A DNA stretch of 64,000 nucleotides, taken from positions 45,929 through 109,928 of the forward strand of contig JAZRNR010000163.1 of assembly GCA_045648305.1 (NCBI GenBank). Reading direction: 5' to 3'. Every line of letters starts with the position of its first letter. The stretch's first letter is position 1. The notes beneath the pieces were generated by a model, which searched no databases, had not been told where the DNA came from, and saw only the letters and a list, made by a program, of their open reading frames with translations. This DNA is from Acutalibacteraceae bacterium. Lineage in GTDB: Bacteria > Bacillota > Clostridia > Oscillospirales > Acutalibacteraceae. Of the stretch, positions 18,292-28,582 are shown in pieces. The translations under genes and the position numbers were made by a program.

Positions 18292-18402
18292 ATGGACACA
18301 TTGGCTTATGTTGTGTTGATAGCATTGGCGTTTGCCTCTAATATTACTGCAACAGTATTGGTAGAAAAATTCAAAAGAAAAGGATTGATTTGTTGTGAGT
18401 GA
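18292..18402 (+). CDS. 36-aa hydrophobic micro-ORF upstream of mobC
   Basis: AAGGAG lies upstream of ATG 18292. The product is MDTLAYVVLIALAFASNITATVLVEKFKRKGLICCE. Its stop overlaps the GTG start of mobC. Confidence 0.35.
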   Translation: MDTLAYVVLIALAFASNITATVLVEKFKRKGLICCE

Positions 18403-18721
18403 GAGAAAATATGAATTTCATATCTATCTTAACGAAGAGGAAAAAGATGCTTTATGCAAACTTTCTGAAATTATAAAACTTTCAAAGTCGCAACTTATAA
18501 GAGAAATTATTTTAGGTTATTCTCCACCCGAAGGACCTCCTGCAAATTATGACGAATTGATTTATCAGTTACGGTGTATCGGTAATAACATCAATCAGAT
18601 TCTTCGCATTGCAAGAACGAATGGTATATTAAATCCTGTTGAGTTGGAAAAGCATTTGTCTGAGCTTAAAGATGTTGAACAGGAAATGCATGATGCTTTC
18701 AGGATAAACAGAAAAAATTAA
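18395..18721 (+). CDS. mobC: MobC-like relaxosome accessory protein
   Basis: Motif LRCIGNNINQILRIAR, and position immediately 5' of the relaxase gene. Confidence 0.8.
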   Translation: MSERKYEFHIYLNEEEKDALCKLSEIIKLSKSQLIREIILGYSPPEGPPANYDELIYQLRCIGNNINQILRIARTNGILNPVELEKHLSELKDVEQEMHDAFRINRKN

Positions 18722-18722
18722 A

Positions 18723-20111
18723 ATGGCAATAGTATATATCATTCCTATTCGTACACATCTTGACAGAACACTTGCTTATGTCGGTAACAAAAATAAAACT
18801 GAAAACGAAAACTACGAAAAAATGTTTCTGAATTTGCATAGTGTACTTGATTACAGTATTAATGATTTAAAAACAGAAGAACAGTTTTATGTTACTCCGA
18901 CTCAAAACCTGACATCAGTTGAAAACGCATTTCAGGAAATGAAGCGAACAAAGAAACGTCATCGCAAGACAGACGGAATTCTCGGTTATCACATTATTCA
19001 ATCGTTTGCACCCAATGAAGGAACACCGGATAAGATTCACGATTTGGGAATTGAATTTTTAAACAGAGCTTTTAACGGTTATGAAGGAGTCGTTGCAACA
19101 CATCTTAATACAGACTGTTTGCACAATCATCTTGTAGTGAACTCTGTTCAAGCAAAATCAGGATTGAAGTTCAACGATTGTCTTGAAAGCTATTATAACC
19201 TTCGTGAAATTTCTGATGACCTTTGTCGCGAATACGGGTTGTCTGTTATTAACAATCCGAAAAAGCGTGGTCATAAAAGTTATGATTTATATATGGCAGA
19301 AAAAAACGGAGAGTGGACAAAGGATGCAATCATCAGAAGAGATATTGATGAATGTATTCTGACAACAACAAATCGAAAAGCATTCTTTATTGAAATGCAA
19401 AGACTCGGATACACTTTTAATTTCAATCGTAAGTATCCGACTATTTCACATCCGAACTTTGAAAGACCGAGAAGATTAAAAACTCTCGGAGATGATTATA
19501 CAATTGAAAGCATAGACAACAGAATAAAATCAAAATGGCAGAGATACAGAATAGATATTCCTCAACAAGATAATCTTGTTGGGGATTTTTTTGTTCCTCT
19601 CGTTGAACAAACTTATCAACAGATTTATGTTTCGTTTGTAACCGTTGTTCAGTATGTAAAGAAAAATCCTAACAAGAACAGAGGTCTTGATAAATATCTC
19701 ATTGATGAAATGCGAAAGCTTGATAAACTGATTGAACAACAAAATCTTTTGTGTGATAACAACATCGATACTTCCGAACAACTTTCAGAATACAGACAGT
19801 CTTGCGAAAAAGAACTTCAGGAATGTGATGAAGGAAGAAAACGTCTTCGCAATATGTTAAAGGTTGCGGTTAGAAGTAATGATGAAAAAGAAATAGCTGA
19901 AATCAAAAATTCAATTTCGGTGTTAAGTCAGAGGATGAATACTTTAAGAAAAGATATTCGTATCTGTGACAGAATACAAAACGATGAACCTAAAATCGAA
20001 AACAAGATAAATAAAATTATGAACGATAAAGAAAGAAGGGAGATGAGTACAGATGAACGCTTCAGGCGACGCAGCAGAACAAATCGTGAGGATGACACTA
20101 CAGGGCGTTGA
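18723..20111 (+). CDS. relaxase/mobilisation nuclease (MobA/VirD2 superfamily)
   Basis: His-rich motif HLNTDCLHNHLVVNSV. N-terminal relaxase domain followed by a coiled-coil tail. Confidence 0.85.
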   Translation: MAIVYIIPIRTHLDRTLAYVGNKNKTENENYEKMFLNLHSVLDYSINDLKTEEQFYVTPTQNLTSVENAFQEMKRTKKRHRKTDGILGYHIIQSFAPNEGTPDKIHDLGIEFLNRAFNGYEGVVATHLNTDCLHNHLVVNSVQAKSGLKFNDCLESYYNLREISDDLCREYGLSVINNPKKRGHKSYDLYMAEKNGEWTKDAIIRRDIDECILTTTNRKAFFIEMQRLGYTFNFNRKYPTISHPNFERPRRLKTLGDDYTIESIDNRIKSKWQRYRIDIPQQDNLVGDFFVPLVEQTYQQIYVSFVTVVQYVKKNPNKNRGLDKYLIDEMRKLDKLIEQQNLLCDNNIDTSEQLSEYRQSCEKELQECDEGRKRLRNMLKVAVRSNDEKEIAEIKNSISVLSQRMNTLRKDIRICDRIQNDEPKIENKINKIMNDKERREMSTDERFRRRSRTNREDDTTGR

Positions 20112-20808
20112 AGTTGCAGGTAAGATGTCAATGGACGGAGCTGAACGTCTTATTAAGCTTATCCTTGCATCTCGTAAAGATACAACAAGAACAAAAGGCA
20201 GAGCTTCACTTAACACAATGCTTAAATCTCAGAAGCCTATTAAGGTTTTTGAAATCGATCAGAAGGATTTATATAAGTTTTGTAAAGAAGCAAAAAAGTA
20301 CGGTGTTATGTATCACGTGCTTAAAGATAAATCTAATGAAAATAATAAGTGCGATATTATGATACGTGCTGAAGACTCACCAAAGGTAAACCGCATATTC
20401 CAAAGATTCAAACTCGGATATATCGATAAAGCTGATGTTCGGAGCAGTCTTGAAAGATCCAAGAACGGTAACAAACAACCGAAAGAAAAACAGAGACCGG
20501 AGAAGAGCATGGAGGATAAATTCATTGATGAGCTCTTTGAGAAACCTCAGCAGAAAGAAACTTCGCATATCGAAAACCCCACTATGGCGAAGGCGGGAAA
20601 ATCCCGTCCGTCCGAGCCTACCTCCGGAATCAACGAAATCCGACGTTATACACGGGATGATGCTTCTTCCAGACCCTCAGTCAGGGCAGAGCTTAACAGG
20701 CTTAAGGAAGAGAAACAAAAGGCGGCAGTCGGAAAGACAACTCCGCAGAAATCAAAAACAACAAAAACAAAAACGAAAGGAACTAAAAAACATGACAGAA
20801 GCAGATAA
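20053..20808 (+). CDS. PcfB/DUF3801-like protein
   Basis: N-terminus MNASGDAAEQIVRMTLQGVEVAGK, then KVFEIDQKDLYKFCKEAKKYGVMYHVLKD. The C-terminal tail is Lys/Thr-rich. Confidence 0.65.
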   Translation: MNASGDAAEQIVRMTLQGVEVAGKMSMDGAERLIKLILASRKDTTRTKGRASLNTMLKSQKPIKVFEIDQKDLYKFCKEAKKYGVMYHVLKDKSNENNKCDIMIRAEDSPKVNRIFQRFKLGYIDKADVRSSLERSKNGNKQPKEKQRPEKSMEDKFIDELFEKPQQKETSHIENPTMAKAGKSRPSEPTSGINEIRRYTRDDASSRPSVRAELNRLKEEKQKAAVGKTTPQKSKTTKTKTKGTKKHDRSR

Positions 20809-21655
20809 TATTATCGGTAATGAACCGACAAATGAAACAGAACTTTATTCAAAAGAAGATTGGATAAAGCAGAAAAATGAGAACCGCGCATTAGCTTATG
20901 AAATGCTCGAAACAGCAACAGAAGAACTTAACAATCCCGATACCGTAATGGCGTATCTTGATGTTCAGAGCAGATTCGACAGATACTCGGTAAGCAATGC
21001 ACTTCTGGTCGCATATCAGAACCCTGATGCAACAAGACTTTGCGATTCAAAGACGTGGCAGAAGAATCATGTGTTTATCAACAAGGGTGAAACAGGTATT
21101 GTTATCCTTGAACCCGGCAAGGAATATACAAGAGATGACGGCAAAAAGGTCATTCCGTATAACGCAAAGAAGGTCTTTGATATTTCACAGACCAATGCAA
21201 AGCTGAGACCGCAGAGAACCAAAACTCCCGATGTCCGTGTGGTAATAAAGGCTATGATTACCACATCTCCCGTTCCTGTTGAAATAAACAATGAACTTCC
21301 CGAAAACGTGAATGCTGTATATCAGCCCGAAAATAAAAAGATTCTTATCAGTCAGGGAATGAACGGTGATGAAATTGTCCGTGCACTCTCAAAAGAAATT
21401 GCATTTGCAAAACTTGATAAGGGTGATTTCAACAGAGAAAATCTTGAGTTCTCCGCACAGGCTATTTCATATATTGCAACATCAAGAGCAGGCTATGAGC
21501 CTGAACCAATTACCGGTGTAAGCGAAAAGTTCCTTTCTCTTGAAGCAAAAGAAAAGAGAGCTGAGCTTTCACAGATTCGTGACCATGCGAATAGTATTGC
21601 AAACACAATTACCAAGGCACTTGAACCTAAGCACAGAGAACACAGTGACAGATAA
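20792..21655 (+). CDS. ArdC-N-like (DUF1738-like) ssDNA-binding protein
   Basis: Internal ATG 20792 was chosen because the upstream part of the ORF is an alternate frame of the PcfB-like gene. Motif YSVSNALLVAYQNPDATRLCDSKTWQKNHVFINKGETGIVILEPG. Confidence 0.6.
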   Translation: MTEADNIIGNEPTNETELYSKEDWIKQKNENRALAYEMLETATEELNNPDTVMAYLDVQSRFDRYSVSNALLVAYQNPDATRLCDSKTWQKNHVFINKGETGIVILEPGKEYTRDDGKKVIPYNAKKVFDISQTNAKLRPQRTKTPDVRVVIKAMITTSPVPVEINNELPENVNAVYQPENKKILISQGMNGDEIVRALSKEIAFAKLDKGDFNRENLEFSAQAISYIATSRAGYEPEPITGVSEKFLSLEAKEKRAELSQIRDHANSIANTITKALEPKHREHSDR

Positions 21656-21667
21656 GGCGGTGTTCAT

Positions 21668-21856
21668 ATGAAGGATGAAAAAAGATTAATAACAGTTGAT
21701 TCCTTTGAACACAATCTGTTGATTAACGGTTTCAATGAATTCAGAAACAGTTTACTTGAACAGGAACAACCTACGGAAGATGTTGACAAGCTTCTTTTGA
21801 AAATCATTGATGCTCCGCCTCTGAGAAGGAGGAGATTTGACCGTGCGGACAGATAA
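21668..21856 (+). CDS. small hypothetical conjugation-operon protein
   Basis: 62-codon ORF tightly packed ahead of the coupling protein gene. Confidence 0.45.
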   Translation: MKDEKRLITVDSFEHNLLINGFNEFRNSLLEQEQPTEDVDKLLLKIIDAPPLRRRRFDRADR

Positions 21857-23696
21857 ACTATCCCAAACAAATCTCATACTTTATTCCTGCGGACTTATAC
21901 CTGTTATATGGCTCGGACTGTTGGTTGCACCGTATGTTGATGGCGGACTTGTAGATATCATCGAGAATCTGTCAGTTGCTTTCAGTAATCCTTTTAATAT
22001 TTCTTTTTGTGAGGACAGCTTAAAAACTGTCCTCATTTTTATTGTCGGATATGCTCTCGGTATCGGTATATATATATCTAATGATAAGAATTACCGAAGG
22101 AGAGAAGAGCACGGCTCGGCTAAATGGGGAAAGCCGGATACTATTAAAAAGAAATATATGGATAAGGATGTTACCGAAAACAAGGTTCTCACTCAAAATA
22201 CTGCAATCGGTCTTGACGGCAGACAGCACAGAAGAAATCTTAATGTTTTGGTCTGTGGTGGGTCGGGTTCAGGTAAGACCCGATTTTATGCGAAGCCAAA
22301 TATTATGCAGGCCAACTCCTCTTTTATAGTTCTTGATCCAAAAGGCGAATTGCTTCGTGATACCGGAAATATGTTAGAAAAGCGTGGCTATGACATTAAG
22401 GTGCTTGACCTTATTAACATGGATAAGAGTGATTGCTATAATCCGTTTGTATACATTAATAATGATAATGATATACAGCGACTTGTTACCAATCTGTTTA
22501 AGAATACCACTCCGAAAGGAAGTCAGAGCAATGACCCGTTCTGGGACCAAGCGGCAAGTATGCTGTTAAAAGCACTTGTATCATATCTTCATTATGAAGC
22601 ACCGCCCGAAGAACAGAACTTCTCAATGGTTCTTGAACTTATCCGTGCAGGTGAAATACCTGATGAACAGATGGATACTATTATAACGAGTCAGCTTGAT
22701 GATGTGTTCAACAAACTGGAAAATGATAACCCTGACCATATTGCACTTAAGTATTACCGTTCATATCGCAGCGGTTCAGCGAAAACTTTGAAATCAATTC
22801 AGATTACCTTGCTTGCAAGGCTTGAAAAATTTAATCTTGATTCCCTTGCGAATATGACCTGTACAGACGAGCTTGAACTTGACCAAATCGGAGAAAAGAA
22901 AACGGCAGTATTTGCACTTATTCCCGAAAACGATACAAGTTTTAATTTTATTGTCGGTATGCTCTACACACAGCTTTTCCAACAGTTATATTATCAGGCA
23001 GATTTTGTACACGGAGGCAGGCTTCCCGTTCACGTTCATTTCGTAATGGACGAGTTTGCTAATATTGCCTTGCCCGATGACTTTGATAAGCTGCTTTCAA
23101 CGATGCGTTCCCGTGAAATATCTGTTTCAATCATCATTCAGAATATGGCACAGCTTAAAGCATTGTTTGAAAAACAGTGGGAATCGATTGTAGGTAACTG
23201 TGATGAGTTTTTGTATCTTGGCGGTAACGAGCAGTCAACACACGAATACGTTTCAAAACTGTTGGGCAAAGAAACGATTGATACAAACACTTACGGACAG
23301 TCAAGAGGCAGAAACGGTAGTTATTCAACTAACTATCAGATTGCAGGACGAGAACTTCTCACCCCTGATGAAGTGCGTATGCTTGACAACAAGTACGCAC
23401 TTCTTTTTATTCGCGGTGAAAGACCGGTGCAGGACTTAAAGTATGATATTTTAAAACACCCCAACGTCAAAGACACAACAGACGGAAAGGGTGAAAACTA
23501 TGTTCACGGCTTTGATGATTATTCAAGCTTTGAACTTCTTTTTAAGAATCCTGAAGATATTGATAATAAAGATATAAAGGATTCAGATATTATCGTTTAT
23601 TCAAATGAAGAAATAGAAGCATATTTATATGCTATGGAGGTACAAAATGGACAAGAAAACAATCAGCAAAACAAAGAAAATCCCGATGAAGGGTAA
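21837..23696 (+). CDS. type IV coupling protein (VirD4/TraG family)
   Basis: N-terminal TM helices. Walker A VLVCGGSGSGKTRF and Walker B-like HFVMDEFANI. Confidence 0.85.
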   Translation: MTVRTDKLSQTNLILYSCGLIPVIWLGLLVAPYVDGGLVDIIENLSVAFSNPFNISFCEDSLKTVLIFIVGYALGIGIYISNDKNYRRREEHGSAKWGKPDTIKKKYMDKDVTENKVLTQNTAIGLDGRQHRRNLNVLVCGGSGSGKTRFYAKPNIMQANSSFIVLDPKGELLRDTGNMLEKRGYDIKVLDLINMDKSDCYNPFVYINNDNDIQRLVTNLFKNTTPKGSQSNDPFWDQAASMLLKALVSYLHYEAPPEEQNFSMVLELIRAGEIPDEQMDTIITSQLDDVFNKLENDNPDHIALKYYRSYRSGSAKTLKSIQITLLARLEKFNLDSLANMTCTDELELDQIGEKKTAVFALIPENDTSFNFIVGMLYTQLFQQLYYQADFVHGGRLPVHVHFVMDEFANIALPDDFDKLLSTMRSREISVSIIIQNMAQLKALFEKQWESIVGNCDEFLYLGGNEQSTHEYVSKLLGKETIDTNTYGQSRGRNGSYSTNYQIAGRELLTPDEVRMLDNKYALLFIRGERPVQDLKYDILKHPNVKDTTDGKGENYVHGFDDYSSFELLFKNPEDIDNKDIKDSDIIVYSNEEIEAYLYAMEVQNGQENNQQNKENPDEG

Positions 23697-23994
23697 CGTA
23701 AGAAAAGGTTTCAAGGCTTATGTGGGTATTATCCTTTGCCTTGTAATGCTTTTCACTTTCAGTGTAACAGCACTGGCAGCAGATGATCCTGTTGCAGTTG
23801 TAAACAATCTTTCGACATTCATATTCGGACTTATCAGAGCAATCGGTCTTATTATCCTCGGTTTCGGTATCGTGCAGGTCGGTCTTTCTCTTAAATCGCA
23901 CGACCCGTCACAGAGGGCCAACGGGTTCCTTACAGTAGCCGGTGGTATTGTAATCACATTTGCAAAGGAAATTCTTGACCTTATTGTCGGATAA
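23647..23994 (+). CDS. small membrane protein, Maff2-like
   Basis: GGAGG lies 7 nt upstream of ATG 23647. The protein has a signal or TM segment plus two further hydrophobic helices. The family call is tentative. Confidence 0.55.
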   Translation: MDKKTISKTKKIPMKGNVRKGFKAYVGIILCLVMLFTFSVTALAADDPVAVVNNLSTFIFGLIRAIGLIILGFGIVQVGLSLKSHDPSQRANGFLTVAGGIVITFAKEILDLIVG

Positions 23995-24098
23995 GTAATG
24001 GTATTTAGGGAAAGTTCAATTATAGTTTGTTCTATTATGCTTTAACTTTTGTTACACTCTTAATGAATTTTATTCACTAAAGGGAAGGAAAAATTAAT

Positions 24099-24605
24099 AT
24101 GATTGATCTGCCTTATAAGACTGCAAGTTTCACAGGACACAGACCGCAATCCATAACATATCTGTGGGATGAAGATTCTGTTCAGAGTTTGAACCTGAGA
24201 AAAAGAATCCGATCTGCAGTTATATATTTAATTGAAACATATGATGTCAGACATTTTATATCGGGTATGGCGATAGGTGTTGATATGATTGCTGCCGAAG
24301 TTGTACTTGAAGTAAAAAGTCAGTATTCCGACATTACTTTGGAATGTGCAATTCCCTGTGAGGTTCAACCCTTAAAGTGGAGTGATAAGTATAAGAGCAG
24401 ATATTACCGTATTCTAGAGTTAGCTGACACAAAAACCATTCTGCAACCAAACTATACTGCTGATTGTATGCATAAAAGAAATTGTTATATGGTTGATAAA
24501 TCCGATTTTGTGATAGCAGTATGGAACGGTTCGCCTTCAGGAACCGGGAAGACGGTATTGTATGCAAAAGAGCGTGATAAAAGGATAATTAAAATCAATC
24601 CATAA
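24099..24605 (+). CDS. DUF1273/YpsA-like SLOG-family protein
   Basis: N-terminal ASFTGHRPQ motif. Rossmann-like strands FISGMAIGVD and FVIAVWNG. Confidence 0.65.
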   Translation: MIDLPYKTASFTGHRPQSITYLWDEDSVQSLNLRKRIRSAVIYLIETYDVRHFISGMAIGVDMIAAEVVLEVKSQYSDITLECAIPCEVQPLKWSDKYKSRYYRILELADTKTILQPNYTADCMHKRNCYMVDKSDFVIAVWNGSPSGTGKTVLYAKERDKRIIKINP

Positions 24606-24609
24606 GATA

Positions 24610-24642
24610 AGAGTGTGCGAATAATCGCACACTCTTTGTTTT
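24610..24642 (+). terminator. intrinsic terminator
   Basis: Stem AGAGTGTGCGA / TCGCACACTCT with loop ATAA, followed by TTGTTTT. Confidence 0.75.
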
Positions 24643-24800
24643 ATGGAGTATTCGAATCCTGCGTTTGAATGTAAAAATGCAAATTTAACAGAAAAAGTGT
24701 TTATAAAAAGCCTTGGAAGTTTTTGCTTCTATATATATAAACAACCGAAATGCGAAAATGTAACACTTTTTTTAAAAAATTTTTTCAAAGGAGGTTTTTG

Positions 24801-25643
24801 ATGGAAGATTCAAGTAATTGGGTAGTGCAAAATCTACAGAATGCACTTTCCACTTGGAACGATAAGTTAAGTGAAATATGGCTTCTCATCACTCAATCCC
24901 CCGAAGAATTTAAAGACGGTACGATATGGAACGTCATAACCAATATCCACGGAGCACTTCAAGCGATAGGCTATTCGCTTTTGGTGCTCTTTTTCGTTGT
25001 AGGCGTAATGAAAACCTGCGGTAATTTCGCAGAAATGAAGCGACCCGAAATTGCCGTTAAGATGTTCATCCGCTTTATACTTTCTAAAGCAACCATTGAC
25101 TACGGTCTTGAATTGATGATGGCTCTGTTTGATATTGTGCAGGGCATTGTTGCGAAGATTATGGCAACGTCAGGTCTTGCATCTATTGAACAAACAGTGT
25201 TGCCCGACTCAATCATACAGTCAATAGAAGACAGCGGATTTTGGGAAAGCGTACCCTTGTGGGCAGTCACCCTTATAGGTAGTCTGTTCATAACGGTTCT
25301 TTCCTTCATTATGATTATGACGGTTTATGGACGTTTCTTCAGAATCTATCTATACACAGCCATTGCCCCGGTGCCTTTAGCCGCATTTGCAGGTGAATCT
25401 TCATCCTCAGTCGGTAAGAGCTTTATTAAATCTTATGCGGCAGTTTGTCTTGAAGGTGCAATTATTGTACTTGGTTGTATAATCTTCTCGCTGTTTGCCA
25501 CTTCACCTCCGGTCGTTGATGAAACGGCAGAAGCGGTAAATCAGGTATGGAGTTATGTAGGTGAATTGATATTCAATATGATTGTACTCGTCGGAACAGT
25601 AAAAATGAGTGATAGAGTTGTTAAGGAAATGATGGGACTTTAA
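24801..25643 (+). CDS. polytopic membrane protein, VirB6/TrbL-like
   Basis: AAGGAGG lies upstream of ATG 24801. Multiple hydrophobic helices, and position within the T4SS operon. Confidence 0.65.
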   Translation: MEDSSNWVVQNLQNALSTWNDKLSEIWLLITQSPEEFKDGTIWNVITNIHGALQAIGYSLLVLFFVVGVMKTCGNFAEMKRPEIAVKMFIRFILSKATIDYGLELMMALFDIVQGIVAKIMATSGLASIEQTVLPDSIIQSIEDSGFWESVPLWAVTLIGSLFITVLSFIMIMTVYGRFFRIYLYTAIAPVPLAAFAGESSSSVGKSFIKSYAAVCLEGAIIVLGCIIFSLFATSPPVVDETAEAVNQVWSYVGELIFNMIVLVGTVKMSDRVVKEMMGL

Positions 25644-25661
25644 TTATGAAAGGAGATTCAG

Positions 25662-25892
25662 ATGTTTGAACAGATATATAACCTGCATTTGATTGACGGC
25701 GGTGTGGTGTCAATTAAAGAAGAACAGGATGCTTCAGGTGAAAGCTCTTTTATGAATGAATTTATGAGTTGTAAGTCTGAACACGTTTTCTGCATTGGTG
25801 ATGAAATAAGCGGGTTTACCTATGTACCTAAAAGAAGCATAGTTTATGTGACAACAGGGGATGTGGATGAGGTGAACGACCTTGGAAGTTAA
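25662..25892 (+). CDS. small hypothetical protein
   Basis: 76-codon ORF inside the T4SS operon. Confidence 0.45.
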   Translation: MFEQIYNLHLIDGGVVSIKEEQDASGESSFMNEFMSCKSEHVFCIGDEISGFTYVPKRSIVYVTTGDVDEVNDLGS

Positions 25893-26256
25893 AATCAACA
25901 GAGAAATACGAGATTACAGTGAAGCTGTGTATTTCGGTCTTAATCTGAGACAGTTCATCTTTTCGATTCTTGCCTGCGGTGTTGCAGTAGGACTGTACTT
26001 TCTTTTAAAACCGTTCTTCGGTATTGAAACACTCAGTTGGGTGTGCATTGTAGGTGCAGCTCCCTTTGCAGCACTCGGCTTCTTCAAATATCACGGAATG
26101 ACAGCAGAAAAGGTTTTGTTCGCTTACCTTAAAAGTGAAATTCTTATGCCTAAAGAATTGAAGTTTATTGCAGTAAACTATTATGACAAAATGGAAGGGG
26201 AGAGTGACGATGTTCGACCTCATAGGCACAATAAAAAAGAAATCCGGACTCGATGA
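25882..26256 (+). CDS. PrgI/TcpE-like small membrane protein
   Basis: TTG start follows GAGGTG. Motif EVKINREIRDYSEAVYFGLNLRQFIF is followed by two TM helices. Confidence 0.65.
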   Translation: MEVKINREIRDYSEAVYFGLNLRQFIFSILACGVAVGLYFLLKPFFGIETLSWVCIVGAAPFAALGFFKYHGMTAEKVLFAYLKSEILMPKELKFIAVNYYDKMEGESDDVRPHRHNKKEIRTR

Positions 26257-28561
26257 GTTGTTCGGGGACGGAATGTCAGTCCCGAAGTCCGTTCAGGATG
26301 TCATTAAAATTGATGCCGTGTATGCAGACGGTATCTTTTTGACAGGTAGGGACAGATATTCTAAAACATTTAAGTTTACCGATATAAATTATGCGGTATC
26401 AAGTAAGGAAGATAAAGAAGCAAACTTCCTGCGTTACAGTGAAATCCTGAACTCACTTGAAAACGGTATTTCAAGTCAGATTACCATTATCAACAGAAAG
26501 CTCAAAAAGGCAGAGCTTAAAGAAATTGCACTTCTTGAAAGAGCTAATGATGATAAGGATAAATACCGCAAAGAAATCAATGATATGCTCACAATGATAG
26601 CAAACGGAGCGAATGCCATTGTTCAGGACAAATATGTAACGCTCACAATTCAGAAAAAGACGGTAGAAGAAGCACGAAGTCACTTCAACCGTGTAGGTGC
26701 AGATTTGACTGCACACTTTTCAAGACTCGGTTCAAAGTGTACAGAACTTGATTTAACGGAAAGACTTCGTATCATTCACGATTTCTGCAGACCTAAAGAG
26801 TCAGCAGATTATCATTTTGATTTGAGAGATACGATGCAGAAGGGACAGCATTTCAAAGACTATATCACACCTGACGGTTTTGAATTTAAATCAGACTATT
26901 TTAAAATCGGTGAAAGATTCGGCAGAGTTTTGTTTATACGTGATTATCCCTCATATATCAAAGACAGTGTTGTGTGGGAGCTCACTGACACAAACAGAAA
27001 TATGATTTTTAACTTTGATATTGTCCCGGTATCAACAGAAGAGGCTCAGAAATTCGGTGAAAAGCAAGCACTCGGCATTGAAACCAATATCGCAAACTAT
27101 CAGCGAAAGCAGAATGCTAATAACAACTATACGGCTGTTATACCATATGACCTTGAACAGCAGAGAAAGGAAGTCAGAGAATTCCTCGATGACCTTACAA
27201 CCCGTGACCAAAAAATGTTCAAAGTTGTTATCACAGTTATGCATACAGCAGATACTCTTGAAGAGCTCAACAGTGATACAGAAGCAATTCAGGCAACAGG
27301 CAGAAAGCATATGTGTCAGCTCGGTGTTCTTAAATATCAGCAGTTGGATGGCTTTAATGCTACATTGCCGATAGGAATAAATAAGATTGAAGCAAGGCGT
27401 ACTCTTACAACAGAAAGCCTTGCTGTTTTTATGCCCTTTAAAGTACAGGAGATTCAGCACGATGGCGGTGTATTCCAAGGTGTTAATGTTATCTCTAAAA
27501 ATATGATTATTGTAAACCGTAAGTTCCTGCTTAACGGTAACTGCTTCATTCTCGGTGTTTCGGGTTCGGGTAAATCCTTTACTGCAAAGGAAGAAATGGT
27601 AAACCTTCTTCTTTCAACTGATGCAGACGTTATGATTATTGACCCTGAAAGAGAATACTCAGCTCTTGTTGAGGCAATGGGCGGACAGGTTATCGAGCTT
27701 TCAGCAAAGAGTAAGAATCATATCAACTGTCTTGATATAAACAAGGAGTATGCAGACGGTGCAAGCCCTATTGCATTTAAGGCTGAATTTGTACTTTCTC
27801 TCTTTGAACAGGTTATGGGCAAAGACGGTATTGATGCTATTCAGAAATCTATTGTTGACCGTTGCCTTACAAATGTGTATTCAAGCTATATCAAGAGAGA
27901 ATACACCGGAAAGGTACCTACACTTGTTGATCTTTGCAACAATCTGAGAAAGCAGCCTGAACCGGAAGCTCTTGAGCTTGCAACTGCTATGGAATTGTTT
28001 GCATCAGGTTCACACAGTACCTTTGCACAGAAAACAAATGTAAACATTGAAAACAGACTTATCTGTTATGACATTCTTGAACTCGGCAGTCAGTTAATGC
28101 CTATCGGTATGCTTGTAGTTCTTGACAGTATTCTTAACCGCATCACAAAGAACAGAGCTGAAGGCAGAGAAACGTATATTTTCATTGACGAGATATATCT
28201 TCTTTTCCAACACGAATATTCTGCGAACTTCCTTTTCACACTTTGGAAACGAGTTCGTAAGTACGGTGCATATTGTACGGGTATCACTCAGAATGTTGAT
28301 GACCTTTTACAGAGCCACACAGCACGAACAATGCTCGCAAACTCCGAGTTCATTATAATGCTCAATCAGGGCGGTACTGACAGAGAAGACCTTGCTAATC
28401 TCTTGCAGATTAGCGAAACACAGATGACCCACATTACAAATGTTGAAGTCGGTCACGGTCTTGTTAAGGTCGGTTCTGCCCTTGTTCCCTTTGAAAGAAA
28501 GTTCCCGAAGAATACGGAACTGTATAAACTTATGACCACTAAGGTCGGCGAATTAAATTAA
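26210..28561 (+). CDS. VirB4-like conjugation ATPase
   Basis: ATG 26210 follows a GGAAGGGGAG purine tract. Walker A ILGVSGSGKSFTAKEE and Walker B-like YIFIDEIYLLF. Confidence 0.85.
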   Translation: MFDLIGTIKKKSGLDELFGDGMSVPKSVQDVIKIDAVYADGIFLTGRDRYSKTFKFTDINYAVSSKEDKEANFLRYSEILNSLENGISSQITIINRKLKKAELKEIALLERANDDKDKYRKEINDMLTMIANGANAIVQDKYVTLTIQKKTVEEARSHFNRVGADLTAHFSRLGSKCTELDLTERLRIIHDFCRPKESADYHFDLRDTMQKGQHFKDYITPDGFEFKSDYFKIGERFGRVLFIRDYPSYIKDSVVWELTDTNRNMIFNFDIVPVSTEEAQKFGEKQALGIETNIANYQRKQNANNNYTAVIPYDLEQQRKEVREFLDDLTTRDQKMFKVVITVMHTADTLEELNSDTEAIQATGRKHMCQLGVLKYQQLDGFNATLPIGINKIEARRTLTTESLAVFMPFKVQEIQHDGGVFQGVNVISKNMIIVNRKFLLNGNCFILGVSGSGKSFTAKEEMVNLLLSTDADVMIIDPEREYSALVEAMGGQVIELSAKSKNHINCLDINKEYADGASPIAFKAEFVLSLFEQVMGKDGIDAIQKSIVDRCLTNVYSSYIKREYTGKVPTLVDLCNNLRKQPEPEALELATAMELFASGSHSTFAQKTNVNIENRLICYDILELGSQLMPIGMLVVLDSILNRITKNRAEGRETYIFIDEIYLLFQHEYSANFLFTLWKRVRKYGAYCTGITQNVDDLLQSHTARTMLANSEFIIMLNQGGTDREDLANLLQISETQMTHITNVEVGHGLVKVGSALVPFERKFPKNTELYKLMTTKVGELN

Positions 28562-28582
28562 AGAAAGTAGAGGTTTTTATTT

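Noticed and set aside
20435-20791. N-terminal extension of the ArdC-like ORF in the ORF track
   Set aside because: This segment is an Arg/Lys-rich alternate frame of the PcfB-like gene. The internal ATG at 20792 gives a sensible N-terminus.
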